From Callorhinchus milii (taxonomy: Eukaryota): a DNA stretch of 64,000 bases. The stretch spans positions 99,698,001 through 99,762,000 of the forward strand of contig NW_024704743.1 of the NCBI RefSeq assembly GCF_018977255.1, written 5' to 3'. Shown here piece after piece: positions 50,878 through 64,000 of the stretch; the stretch's first letter is position 1; every line of letters starts with the position of its first letter. A program made the translations under genes and the position numbers. The notes beneath the pieces are model-generated. The model did no database searches. It was not told the origin of the DNA and saw only the letters and a list, made by a program, of their open reading frames with translations.

Positions 50878-52340
50878 CTGAAACTAGGATACAAATCCAT
50901 AGATGCTAGACACCTGGGACATTGACAGATTCTCTGATCATGGAGAGAATCACAACTGATGATACAATAGATGCCCCCCTATCGTGACCAACACCTCTTC
51001 CACTCCACAGCTGTACCAAACTGAGATCAAGTAACTCATCATAGACTTACAATCTGGTTTCACTTAGGGTTTTCACCCATTCATCCATCAAGGGAGCTGC
51101 AATACTGATTTGAAGTCCTAGGCCTGTTTACGTTTGGCATTCAAGGTGAGGGTGGAACATTCCTATGGAGAGCCGTGGAGGAGGTGACGTGTGGTAGAAA
51201 ACAGGAGCTTAGAATCACCTGAGGCAAAAAGTTTTGGGTTCAAGCCTCACATTGTGACTTGGAATCACACAGTTGTTATGGTGATATTCCAATGCAGCAT
51301 TGGAGGTGTGTTGCATTGTCAGAGGTGCCATCCTTTGGAAGAGACGTTAAACCGAGGCCCTGTCTGCCTGTTCAGGTGGCACTATTTGAAAAGAGAAGGA
51401 AGATGTCCCAGCCTCCAAATCCCCCAAATAAAATTGGTCACGCACCGCATGGATGTTTGTGAGCAATTGCTGTGTGCAAACTGGCTGCCATGTTGTCCAC
51501 AAGACACACTGTCAATCTATTTTACAGTATATCCTGTGAAGCTCTTTGAAACATGTCAAGGACGTGATAAGGCGCTATATCGAATGCAATTATTATTATT
51601 ATTATTAACTAATCCAAACTGGTGTTTATGAGCCCTCCTAATCCCTTTTTTCATACTCTTCTATTCTCTTCTCCCTCATGTATCGCTTTACTTGTTCACA
51701 TTCTGGTCCAACATTTCAGTCTTATTCTAATAAAAGTGGAAAAATAGCAATCAAAACAGAACTGGGAAAACCTCATTCTGATTCTACAGACTTTTATGCA
51801 GTTGGTCATTCTTACATTACTTTAATACATGTGATTGCTTTTCATTTTCTAGGTAATTGTTTTTAATTTGCTAATTTCAAGATTATTTGTCTATTTCCTT
51901 ATTGCTGTTAATTAATCCAATCTGGTAGTACGTGTAAATTGATAAATCTACACATCACTTTCAATTTGAGTTCTGTTTTGAACTCAATTTTCCCACTTTT
52001 ACTGAGAAGCCATTGCAATCATTGTTCATTTATGTTCAGCCTAATTTTCGATTGTGCATTCCTTCATCCATTAACTTTGATTTATTTTGTGTGCAGCTGT
52101 TTGACTTTTTGGCAGATGCCCATCTTAAATTTTGAGAAGAGATGATTTTGCATTTTCACAATAATTAATGGACTTAGTTTAATTTCACAGCACTTCTTTG
52201 CCTATATATATGTGAAGCTATTGATTACATTCATGAAAAGCAGATTACATTTTTTCTTGTGGTGTCAGCCAGGCTTATTTTGTAGAACTCTCACCTCTGA
52301 ATCAGAAGGTTGTGGCTTCAAACCCCATAGCAGGACTTTT

Positions 52341-52663
52341 GTGGAGTCCTATAGCTCAGTAGTTAGAGCACTCGCTTTGCAAGTGAGAGACCTGAGTTCA
52401 ATTCCAGGCAAGGCGAAACCTTGGGCAAGTTTCCTTACTCCACACGGCTAATAATAATAATCCCTCCAAAACCCAAAACAATAATAAATTGGTCATTTTC
52501 AATCTACGTCTATTTGTGGGACATTGCTGTGTGCAATTGGCTGCCGCGTTCGCCCACAAATATACAGTCAATTCACTTTACAGTGTGTTCTGTGAAGCGC
52601 TTTGGGACATCCTCCCGACGTGAAAAGCACTATATCAAATGCAAGGATTATTATTATTATTAT
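52341..52663 (+). mobile_element. Young short-subfamily SINE nested in an older SacSINE1-like copy (52260-52990)
   Basis: Near-identical to 3290-3610; the old SINE head precedes it and the old SINE body resumes after the (TTA)n tail. Confidence 0.88.
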
Positions 52664-54494
52664 TTTGAACTCAAAGTCTGAGATAAAAATACAGACATCC
52701 AATACAGTGCTCAACAATGTGTAGCATTGTTGGAGATGCTGTCCCTTGAATGAGACATTAAACTGGGTCTGTTCCGTCTGTCTGTCCTGGTGGACTTTAA
52801 AGATCTCATGTCGTATTTAAAAAGAGAATAGAGTTTCTCCTGTGCCTTAGCCAACAATCGCCAGATTTTAAAAAAAAGTTAATTTACTTCATGGCTCTGT
52901 GTGGCACATTGCTGTATGCAAATTGGTTGCCATGTTCACTTACAAAATACACAGTAACTACATGCTTCAATAAATTCTGTGAAATGCTTATCCTCCCATT
53001 GAAACTATTATGAGAATATGACTAAGATTTTGCATTGAAGATTGCTAAGTCTTTAGCATTACAATTTAGGTTATTTATTTATATGATTGTTGTTGTTATA
53101 TGACTCTGATCATATTTATTGTAATTTGGTAGATTTTAGTTTCAGTGAGAATCTTTTTGCTTCATGTTGTATCCTTTATTTAAGTCTAACTAGTGATATT
53201 TCTTTACAGATACAGCTCTTGTCATCACTGGAATCCTTGCCGTAGTGCATGGCACTTGAGATTAAAATCATCCTCAATATTCTTCCACATCATCAGCTGC
53301 TGGGGTTAATCTCCAGTCGTAGCAGAACTCCAGCCAGGTTGTGGAGTTCTGTGTCTCTGCTAGGATTGCATTTAATCAGTTTCTTTCCACATGTGCACTG
53401 CTGCTTTTTTGTTGCCTCATGTTTGTCAGCATCGGATACTCTATTTGCAGTGAAGGGGTGTAAAGCCCTTTCATTAATCTGCATCATTTACTCATTTAAA
53501 CAGATGATACTTTTCACTCCTCATTAAACCATTCAAACTGTTCTTTCTCATACCTTTTGTTTTCAGAACTTACAATGATAAAGAGATCAAATCTTACAAT
53601 AAATAATAATATAATAATCCTTGAATTTGATATAACAACCTATCATGTTGACACCTCTCAAACTCCTCAATTTTTTTTTGTAGAGTATAGTCACTGTGTA
53701 TTTGTAGGCAAACACAGTAGCCAATTTCTCCACAACAATATACCACAAACAGCCATGACCCACAAACAGCTATGACGTGAATGGCCAATTTTATCTGGGG
53801 GATTGTTGGCCAGGACACTGAGAAAAACACAAGATATTTAATGTCCACCTGAACAGGCAGACAGGCCCTCGGTTTAAAGTCTCATCCGAAGGATAGCACC
53901 TCTGATAATACAGCACTTCCTCAGGACTGCATTGAAGTGTTATCAAAGTCTGCGAGCTCAAATTCCCGAAATGTAGTTTAAACTCACAACCTGCTGACTT
54001 AGAGGCAAGAGTATCACCAATTTTATTGTTAGACTATGGGATTCCAAATCTGCATCTTGAGGTTTGATTCGAGTTACATTTACAGTAAATAAATTGATAC
54101 TTTAGTGTAGTCTATCTTGTATAAATGGCTTGATCTTATCCAGAATTTAAGTGATGCATTTATGAACCCTGGCACTTGAGAAGATTTCATTCTTCCCCAG
54201 CCTGTAACCTGTGAACTGCTCTAATTGAAAATAATAAGATTATGCTTTACACTAAGTACTGTATTTTAAATGCACTTTCATTTTAATGGTGAATGACGAG
54301 GAGACAATCAAGTATTTGACATTTCCTTGGTTATACTTTCTCAAAGTGTAACAGTAAAAGCACTTTACAATTCAGAGGTCATTGTTTTCAGTGGCATGAC
54401 TATGAACCACTTGAATCTCAAAGATCATCTTCAGAAGCGAACCACCTATTCTCTGCCACCAGGCCCCTCTCTCCAATATCTGCACAGCTCATCA

Positions 54495-54835
54495 TTTGAA
54501 CACTTTCATATGTTTTCCGTTTAGTGGGGAGAGCTCTGCTGGTTGACATGATCCGAACCTTTGCAGGTAAATATCTGTCAATTTTTGCTCCATTTCTGAC
54601 ACTTCAACTTGCATATATGGGATTGTCGTAATATTTTCCAAAGAGCGAAAAGAAGGTGAAAACCACACTGTTGACTGCTGCACTGCTTCTGTCTGGAATT
54701 CCCGCGGAAGTCATCAATCGTTCCATGGATACGTACGGCAAAATGGGAGACGTGTTTGCTGACCTCTGCGTCTATTTCTTTACCTTTATTATCTGTCATG
54801 AAATCCTTGTCCTTTTTGCTATTGATTTGCCCTGA
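54495..54835 (+). pseudogene. CAMLG: Processed (retro) pseudogene of CAMLG (calcium-modulating cyclophilin ligand, GET2-equivalent subunit of the tail-anchored protein insertase), C-terminal TM region
   Basis: + strand translation FEHFHM/fs/[105 protein letters not shown]; matches the CAMLG C-terminus as I recall it; premature TAA at 54629-54631, frameshift near 54513, no introns. Confidence 0.9.
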
Positions 54836-55575
54836 TGTCGTTAAGAGGTCAGGCAGGGCGAACAAGGAAAGGCTTTGTTTCAACTCCATTTGCAGTTGCC
54901 ACCAACGTCTACCATTGTAAGCCATCACTGCGCTTTCAAGCAGACACTGGATCTATCTGTCTGGTTCAGGCTACTAATCCTCATTCTGAATCCCATTTGC
55001 ACTATCCAGAGAGAGAGAGCCATTTAAAATAAGAAACTAATATTTATATTAAAAATAGTCATGTTACAAGCTTAGAAACTAAGTATTCGGGCAAGCCAAA
55101 CAGAATTGGACTCTACACCTTGTTTCTTACTTACTGAGGGATAGTTACTTCCTAACGAGCATTTTTAAATTCAAACAGCGGAATTTGTGAAGGAACAGAT
55201 TAAAAGCTATAGTCCATGCCCTTGGAGAACTATGTATTCTAACTAAACTAAAAAAATGTAAAAATTGATCACTTCAATCCACAACTGTTTGTGGACACTG
55301 ATGTGTGCAATTGGCTGCCCCATTTCACCCACAGATATACAGTCAATTCACCCTATATTCTGTGAAGCACTTTGAGACGTCTAGTGAAAACCGCTGTATC
55401 AAATACAATGATTATTATTATTATTATTATTATTATATACCAGCATCTCAAAACCTTCCATTTTCACTATACTTCATTACAATTGCATTAGAACTGAGAA
55501 GCTGCATATAAAAGACTGACAGTTCCAGCTGCTAGCAGAAAATTGTACAGAGAAAAGGGAATGGGAAAGATTAGG

Positions 55576-56319
55576 ATAATAATAATAATCCTTGCATTTG
55601 ATGCAGCGCCTTATCACGTCTTCGAGACGTCTCAAAGCGCTTTCCAGAATATACTGTAAAGTGAATTAACTGTATATATTGTGGGTGAAACATGGCAGCC
55701 AATTATGCACAGAGGTATCCCACAAGCAGTCGTGGATTGAGTGATCAAATTATTATTTAAAAAATTTTTTTTGAAGGAATTATTACCTCTGGAAAAGCGA
55801 TCCGCCAATCGACTAACAACCGGGTAACTACTTACTGCTAGGTACACAGAGGCTTGTGGAGTAAGGAAACTTGCCCTTAACTGCTGATTCCCTACCAACC
55901 TGCCCACTCCCTCCGTTCATTGGTCTCCGGTCTACTCCATGTCTCCTGCCCGACCCGACCTACCATCGGTGGCTGGGCTTTCAGACTCTCTGCCCCCACA
56001 CTCGGGAACTCCATCCCATGGTCCCTTCGCCTCGCTTCCTCCCTCATCTCTTTCAAGGCCGGTCTCAAGACCCTTCTCTTCGACTGTGCCTTTGGTCTCC
56101 CTCCCAGCTCTCTGCCTTCGCTCACCCCTACACCACCCCTCCCGCATGCTCAGGCCCCGACACCTGACCGTTCAGCGCTTTGGGACGTCCTCCCGACATG
56201 AAAGGCGCTCGATAAATGTAATTTTGTTGTTGTTGCCCAACATCTCGCCTTGTCGGGAATCAAACCCAGGTCTCTCGCTTGTCAGGCGAGTGCTCTAACC
56301 ACTGAGCTACAGGACTCCA
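55576..56319 (-). mobile_element. Long-subfamily SINE split by an L2 3' end (55877-56235, +) with TTGCCC TSD
   Basis: SINE tail at 55576 and head ending 56319; L2 RPTIGGWAF...FKAGLKTLLFD with (TTG)n tail; TTGCCC on both sides. Confidence 0.85.
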
Positions 56320-56339
56320 GGATGTACAATTATAGCAAA

Positions 56340-56645
56340 ATTGTAGTGAATTGACTAAATATTTTGTGGGCGATACACGGCAGCCAATTATGCACAACAG
56401 TGTCCCACAAATAGCTGTGGATTGAGCACTAAATTTTTTTTATTATTATTATTTTTGAAGAGTTTATTAGCCCCTGGAAAAGTGATCCGCCAATCTACTA
56501 ACAACCATGTTCCAACTTACTGCGAGGTAAACAGAGACATGTGGAGTAAGGAAACTTGCCTAATGTTTCGCCCTGCCAGGGAATCAAACCCAGTTCCTTT
56601 CACTTGCAAGGCGGGTGCTCTAACCAATATGCCATACGACTCCAC
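56340..56645 (-). mobile_element. Long-subfamily SINE
   Basis: Reverse complement of head, GGCAAGTTTCCTTACTCCAC and Deu core. Confidence 0.75.
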
Positions 56646-57997
56646 GATATAAGTTTTGATAACTTAAGAGAAAAAAAACAAACAGGAAGATTTAGATGAA
56701 CGGAACAGTGGCGGATCACAACGCCAAGCCATTGAGAGTGGGAGGTGACGTAAGCATGGTTAAAGAGGAAGATCTTCAGGCGCAACCTGAACATAGGGAA
56801 GGAGAGGGCAAGGTGGAGGAATTGAGGGAGAATGTTCCAGAGTTTCGGGGCAAAGTGGCTGAAATTTCAATATGCCAGGAATAAAATCATTGTGTACTCT
56901 CTAAGTAAATAACAACAACAACAATAAATTACATTTGTATAGTGCCTTTCATGTTTGGAGGACATCCCTGAAAGTAAACAAAAATTTCCATTCTGATAAT
57001 TCGGTGTGAGAAACCATTCTATACAAATTTGAAGCGAGGAAAAGGTGCCAAAACTGTCTGTAGAGACACGTTTTAAACACTCGTTTCAAAGACAATTTCT
57101 GTACTGTTTCTCTATTATCCTGGCAATTAATTCAGGAACAGAATGGGACTCCCTGCGAGGCGATAGACGGTATATAAATATAAATTTGTATGTTTAGACT
57201 ATTCTTCTTGTGGGGGTGGGGGTGCGGAAGTGTGGTCTCCTTGGAGTTGAACTGCTTATAAAGTGACATGTTTGGCAATGGAACGTTGGACTCGAGCCAG
57301 CCCTCTGTGGTGGTTTCCAGTCCAGTTCTTGAGCCAGGTGGGTCTGCAGTATTCCAGGGCACTGAGGGTGATAGCAACAGCCAGACTGGCTCATTGGCAG
57401 GACCTGGAAGGGCAGACCAGTCACTGAGGGAAGGGATTCTTACCACTCAGCTCCTGTTAATCCTGCAAACCAAAGCAGTAATGGATAAATGGTCCTAGCT
57501 GATCAAGCAGTAGGAAAGCTTGATCAACCCGGTTGACCAAAAAAAAATCTATTGAAGTGATACAATTTTACTCAACGCTTCTCAGCTTGAAGTGAATGAG
57601 ATGGGGTGGGTGGAGTGGAATTCTCACCCCTCTTTGATATCCAATGATCCCTCTGCAGTAAAATGTGCAGGTATAGCTATAGGGTAAGAACACTTTCAGC
57701 CCATGTGATCTCATCCATCTTGAATACCCACTTTTCCAGACTCTTTGTCTCACTGGAAGCTAAATGATCCTTTGACAACAATCAAGAGGAGTTTCTCCTG
57801 CTGTCTTGATCAACAATTGACTGGATAAATTGATCCTTCACCCCAAAGCTGTTGTGGGAATGACTAATAAAATAACCACTACATCTGACAGAAATTACAT
57901 CTCTTTGAGACATTTTAAATCCTCAAACTAGCTCAACTAAATGCAATAATACACATTTTAATAATGCTCCTTTTCTTCAAGAAGATTGCAAATATAT

Positions 57998-58220
57998 TGC
58001 ATCCCACAATCTCTCCGCCTCGTCCCCTTCTTTGCCTCCTTCAAGACCCATCCCAAGACCCTCCTCTTCCACTATGCCTTTGGTCACCCTCTTTTCCCCC
58101 CGCCCACCATGCTCCCCGATCCTGACCCTCAGCTCGGGACCGAAACATTGAATTGTCCAGCCCCTTGGGACGTCCTCCCAAAGTGAATGACTCTATACAA
58201 ATGTAATTTTGATGTTGTAC
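57998..58220 (+). mobile_element. L2 3' tail fragment
   Basis: IPQSLRLVP...SFKTHPKTLLF; GGGACGTCCTCCC tail. Confidence 0.7.
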
Positions 58221-60835
58221 TGAAAATAACTGATGTTTGATATTTTCGTTGATTCAAATTATGTTCACTTGACTGCAACTTGCACCTTTGATTTCTTATC
58301 TCTGTGTACCGTTATATGTGAAAATACAGAGCTCTTTCATTTCAGAAACCTTTTTCTCACAAATTTGCTGTTAAGTATTATCTGCCTTTGCAAAGACTTC
58401 AAGGTCTCTCACAAAGCACGTGACTGGAATGACCTTGCTGTGTCTCCAAAACTGCTAAAGAAGCGTGAGAAGCCCAAAGTAAACCCTGTTTAATGAAAAC
58501 AAAAATGAAGCTTTTCACACTTCAGGATCATTTCTCTTTATTGACTTGCGTCAAACTTCCTACCTGCAATAGATCTGCTAATCCTATCTGACGTATGTTA
58601 GAGAGAAAGGCATTATTAACTACTCCAGTGTAAACACAGCCATTTGCTCTTGTAATGGCACCCACTCCATCTTCCTTTATTTACGCTGGCTCTCCTGTCT
58701 TTAATGAGAAAGACATTTTAGCCCCAGACTAAAAAGTAAGACAACTTATTTCAAACAACTTAATGAAACAATTAAATCTAAGATTAAATAAAAATTTGAG
58801 AGCAACAACATGCGGAGGAAGAGGAGGGAGGAGGAAGCAATCAAAATGACAAAACAAATTATAGGCACGATTATTGTTTTGACAGAAACAACAAACCGTA
58901 AAATTGACCGTGCAAATTGAACTGAAGAGAAACAGAGCCAGGATTTCACGAGATCACAAGAGAGGTTTAGACGAAGAAGGCCCGTCAACTCATTTGATTT
59001 TATTGCTTCAGAACACTCACCCTCTGCCGTCCCAATACAGCATCAAGCTCTCTCTTAAAGAAGTCCAGCACTCTGGCCTCAACAGCAATTGCCTTGTTTG
59101 GAAATCACTGACTCCAATCCGTCAGGAATTGGTATTATCGACTCCGAGCTGCAAAAAGGGAATCCTGACAGTAACCAGAACTGTGTCACATGAACCCCAC
59201 AGAAACTCTACCATCGACCTCCAGAACATGAGGTCATTCACCTCGGCTCTGCATGTCATGGCTGCTTGTGCGACATTGACGTGTGCAAATTGGCTGCTGA
59301 GTTCACCTCCAAATACAGGTATGGAATCAATATACTTCAAAGTCAAATGCTGGGAAGCGCTTTGGGTCATCTCAATGGCATGATAAGGCACTATATCAAA
59401 TGTAAGGATTATTATGAGAGAGGAACTTGACATGACTCATTTTCATACTTAATTACATGTAGTTCATAGTTCCACGTCTGCTGAGATAATTCACCCTGCT
59501 ATTATTTTCAATGATGAATGTTAATGTGTATATTTTCAAAGCAGCCTCCTTAAGATCACCATCAAGAGTAGGACATGAGTTCATCAATAAATATTGTTGG
59601 GAAATTTCATAAATCACATTGGCAAATATTTTGAAAACATTGATAGCAACACATATTTCAGAATCTTGCACAGAGGTAATAAAACGTTAATGGAAATAGG
59701 AAATATATAAATGGAAGCTAAAATGGAAAGATATACTTGATGTTAAATATTTCAATACAATTTACAATTACAATGTACATGTATATAATGCCTTTCACAT
59801 TGGGAGGGTTGCTCAAAGCACTTAATAATGCTGGATGGGCATCCGAGCTGGAGGTGGGAGCTGAGGGGGTTGGAAGGGGACAGATGACTGAAAGCGTGGT
59901 CAAAGAAGCATGTTTTATGTGAGGGGGGGAGAGGGACTGGGTCAGAGGGAAGGAGCTCCAGTGATTCCTCTCTCATGTGACTGAGGTGCCAGCACTACTC
60001 TCATTCTGTAGCCAGAGATTATTACTGAGCACAAAGAAAACTACTCCAACAACCGAACCACAAACAAACCAGTACTCTCATAATGTATCCCAGCAATGCC
60101 ACAGAAAATGGCCCTCACACTTAAACTAATTAAGTGCTCATATTTATTAACTCTCTCACTGTACAGAGAAATGCTGGTAAACATAAAACACGTCACTGCA
60201 AATGTATTGTTGCAGTTTGAAATACAAATACACTGAACTACAATGCCTTATAAATGATTATAGAAAATATTCCACGCTTGCAGCCTCTGTTTATTTTCTT
60301 AGGGTCTATGTTTTTGGAACCTCTTAGGAACCTATCATCCTTTTGGCTACCCTTCTCTTTTCGAATAGTGCCATAGGATCTTTAAAGTCCAACTGAACAG
60401 GCAGACAGGACCTCGGTTTAATGTCTCATTCAAAGGACGGCACCTGCAACCAGCCCTGTATTGGAGTGTCAGCATTATTATTATTACTATTATAACAATA
60501 ATAATAATAATAAGTTTTGTATGGGTTCAAAGTCCCAAAGTGGGACTCGAACCCACAGCTTTCTGACTCAGAGTGCTACTAAGCCAGGCTGACACATAAA
60601 TAAACTTATACAGTTCTGAACATACAAAGGAAATGCTGTTCTATTCTATCTCTTAGACACCTCAATTGATTTTTTCACCAAATAGATATCTAGCTACAAA
60701 TCATATTTGCTGATATAATCTGTTTCCATAGCCTCCCTGGATAGTCTATACCTCATATTCACCACCCTCTGTGTAAAGTAATTACATCCAAGGTGTTTGT
60801 TTATGCCTCATAATATAATTGTTATAAGATAATTT

Positions 60836-61158
60836 GTGGAGTCCTATAGCTCAGTGGTTAGAGCACTCGCTTTGCAAGCGAGAGACCTGAGTTCAATTCC
60901 AGGCAGGGCGAAACCTTGGGCAAGTTTCCTTACTCCACACGCCTAATAATAATCCCTCCAAAACCCCCCAAAAAAAGCAATAATAAATTGGTCATTTTCA
61001 ATCTACGACTGTTTGTGGGACATTGCTGTGCGCATTTGGCTGCCGCGTTCGTCCACAAATACACAGTCAATTCACTTTACAGTATGTTCTGTGAAGCGCT
61101 TTGGGACATCCTCCCGACGTGAAAAGTGCTATATCAAATGCAAGGATTATTATTATTA
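60836..61158 (+). mobile_element. Young short-subfamily SINE
   Basis: Near-identical to 3290-3610 and 52341-52663. Confidence 0.88.
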
Positions 61159-61159
61159 A

Positions 61160-61290
61160 TAAGACGTAGGAGCAGTAGTAGGCCATTCGATCCCTCGAGC
61201 CTTCCCCGCTATTTAATAAGATCTTGGTTGATCTTCTAACCTAATTCCATTTAACCGCCCTACCCCCTTATCCCATAATCCCTCTGTCCT
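61160..61290 (-). mobile_element. CR1 3' tail fragment
   Basis: Reverse complement resembles 36250-36370 (GGTTAGAAGATCA...GCTCGAGGG..CGAATGGCCTAC). Confidence 0.6.
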
Positions 61291-64000
61291 TTCGAAGCTA
61301 TGACCAGGACAAGCATGATATTAGGGTTTAGTCTTTCAAAGACGTCTACTCCTCCTCTTTCCTTTCCTTCCCATCATAACTCAGGTGCCAAATTCCAGCT
61401 TTCAATTTATTTGTCATTGCTTAGTTCCCTTGATTGATATCCAAACCTGTCTTGTAAATAGCTCTGAGACATTATCCTTTGTGAAGGGCAAGTTGTTGTT
61501 ATCCTTCACTGTACTCTCTCAAATGTCAAGAGGTCATTAACATAATAAGGAATCATATTATACACGAATTATATGTGAAACCATTCCACCATGTAATCTT
61601 TCGGTACAAATGAAATGTCATATGTTACACTAGAGTGATACGTCTCATTCATTATCTGGTATCTTCCTCTGAATGGTCCAGTAAACTTTATGAATCACCA
61701 ATTTAACTTTTTTTAAAAAGGTAGGTAAAACATGTCTTGCTGCATGACTGAATACCGTCAAGTGCTCAAAAACTGCCATTCTTAAAGAAACAGAAAGGCT
61801 ACCTTCCGTGAGAATTATTCACGTGTGTATTGTAAAAAAATATTAAGCTTAATTTTGGATAATTAGTTTGGATAGGGATCAAATTTGTGGTATTTCTTAT
61901 TTAACATCAGTACAAACTAACACCACCAGGTATGACCCACCTTGAGGGATACAGATAAGGGGAATAGGAGGGATGGGAGCTTGTGTGGAGTGTAAATACC
62001 ATCATGGACAAGTTGAGCTGAATAGCCTGTTTCCATGTCATATCACTCTAGCTAACTCTAATGTGACCGAGACTTCAACTTTCCTCCAAACCCAGTTCAC
62101 CAATATGTATGCTCAACTATTAATACCCAGACCATGATTTCAATAGTAGTTAGAACCCAGTGCAGTGCATGCTCATGTATTTCTTTGACTTCATTGAAGA
62201 AGCAGCTTGTTGCTAGTATGGAAAAATGTTAGGGTGGTATTCTGGGTGGATGAGATTAAATGGACCGAAGGGCCTTCTTTATCTCAAACTCTCTTGTCTC
62301 TTGACCGATGAACATGTAAAACACTTACAAAGATAAGGGCTTTGTAAGTTTTAATTGGTCTGCTTTCAACATCTGGAGCTCCTGCACAACACTCAGCTGC
62401 TGTAATGTAAACTCAAATTGATGTAAATGATTGTTACTGCCTGTGACTTTAATGAGCTATGAATCACAGAATTTTGTCATCTTAAAAATGTGCGTGCCGT
62501 TAGTTTGAGTGATAGGTAACAAGTGTCTCTGAGGATTCAAACCATTTGGTGTGCAATAAAGCCGTCATAAGATGTCTCACTGAATCAGTCACAAGAATTT
62601 GCTACTGTTTCTTCTTGAGGATGTTGTTTTGTGCAAATTAAGTTTCTATTGATTTTGTTTCCACAGAAGTTTACAAAAATTGTTCCAAATATTGAACTGA
62701 GTATCTAATCTATCTGAAATTACATATTGATAATGATTATTATTTTTCACAGTAACTTTGCTAACTATTGTTTTTCTTTTATCTTTCTTTGATATTACAA
62801 TTACCGGCATTTAAAGTTATGGGCTAATCATTAGTGCTGTATTTTGTTGCTATTTATATTTTAACTGGTTTATTTATGGCTACACTTACACTCACTTCAT
62901 CAGTCTCATTGTCAAATAATTTTTTTTCTCAGCTGTTGACTGAATTTTGCGATCATCTAATGTTGTGATGAGTGATTAATAATGCTGGAGAACTAATTAT
63001 TTTGTAACTTGGGACAGGAATAATCATTCATACATCATGAATAATGTAGCTAAAATAATCCTGCTAGTTTGTTTACTCCAATCCCTCAGTGGCATGTTAC
63101 ATTTCAGCTTTTGAAGAGTGTCAGCGTATTGTTTTAATTCTCTTATCCTTTAAGAATCTGGTTTGAGTTCCCACAACTTGATCTTCAGACACAGACTGAT
63201 TTCATGCCGCAGAATGTTAACAACAGGCTGAATCTTAGTGTCCTCAGATCAATTTTTGGTTGGAAAGACTGCAGTGAAAAAGTGCTGTACAGTTCAGGGC
63301 CCTGCTAAAAGCAGAGAAAATGAGACAAGTTAGTGGTAAACCTATGGATAATAGGAGGAATGAAAGGAAGTTGGAAGTAGGGAGTTCCTCAGTTTGAGGT
63401 CCTAGGAAAGAATGAGTTAGAAAAGGACATGATATTTTGAGTTTTGATTTTAATAATAATTTGTGCCTTTTTATTTAGATCACATTTTATTACATTGGAT
63501 TGTCTCAAAACACGTCATAAGTGCCTGCTGCCAAGTGTAGTGACTGTATTTGTAGGCAAGTAGTCTTTTGTACCACCAAGCTCCCACAAAGTAATAATAA
63601 TAATTCTTGCAATTGTTATAAAAAACAAAACCAAGAAAGAACAATTCAAACGATCAAGGACTATGCTAGTATCAATAGCATTACAGAAAGACAAAAAGAG
63701 GTGGGACAGATGTGTGTTTAGAGACTACAAGTGAGAGACATGGAAAGACTTTTATGGAGAGATGATCAAAGAACTATTGAAGATGTGGGAGAATTGTTAA
63801 GGGTATTGGTCAGAATTGTATTTTATAAAGCTAAGAATTGTTGACTTGCATCTCATCCTCGCCAGGTTTCCACTGGTTCTCCAAGCAGACAGCCAATTTT
63901 CACACAGCAATGTCCCACAAGTAACCATAATGTGAATGACCAAATAGGGTCATGGGATCTTTAACATATACTTGAATAGGCTAATGGGACCTTGGTTTAA

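Noticed and set aside
53200..53500. GFTPLHC ankyrin-like motif on the minus strand
   Set aside because: Immediately followed by stops, with no coherent ankyrin repeat in any frame; likely chance.
54578..54928. 116 aa minus-strand ORF (MMAYNGRRWWQ...)
   Set aside because: Antisense shadow of the CAMLG retrocopy.
58904..59383. 159 aa ORF
   Set aside because: Runs across an inverted CR1-type tail and an old SINE; mosaic of repeats.
1..64000. Prokaryote-type systems (CRISPR arrays, operons, rRNA, defence islands)
   Set aside because: None seen; the window is vertebrate-type repeat-rich DNA.

Overview
Eukaryotic, repeat-rich, intron/intergenic-type DNA with no intact protein-coding gene that I can identify. 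The repeat inventory (many L2 LINEs, CR1 3' ends, tRNA-headed Deu-domain SINEs, Penelope-like elements) points to a cartilaginous fish, possibly a chimaera; that is inference. Almost every ORF in the supplied track is an L2/CR1 fragment, its antisense shadow, or a microsatellite translation. Best-supported non-routine observations: (1) an intronless, disabled CAMLG retrocopy at ~54.5-54.8 kb that the ORF track misses; (2) three Penelope-like element remnants with minimal hammerhead-ribozyme cores, one retaining the GIY-YIG C-terminus and one folded into a TSD-flanked palindrome; (3) a young SINE subfamily with an internal deletion and the 3' hairpin of the youngest L2; (4) a ~530 bp local inverted duplication flanked by an 18 bp direct repeat with junction microhomology; (5) a perfect 26 bp hairpin; (6) an unclassified non-coding repeat in about six copies; (7) weak signs of a decayed minus-strand multi-exon gene. 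Repeat boundaries were read by eye and are approximate.
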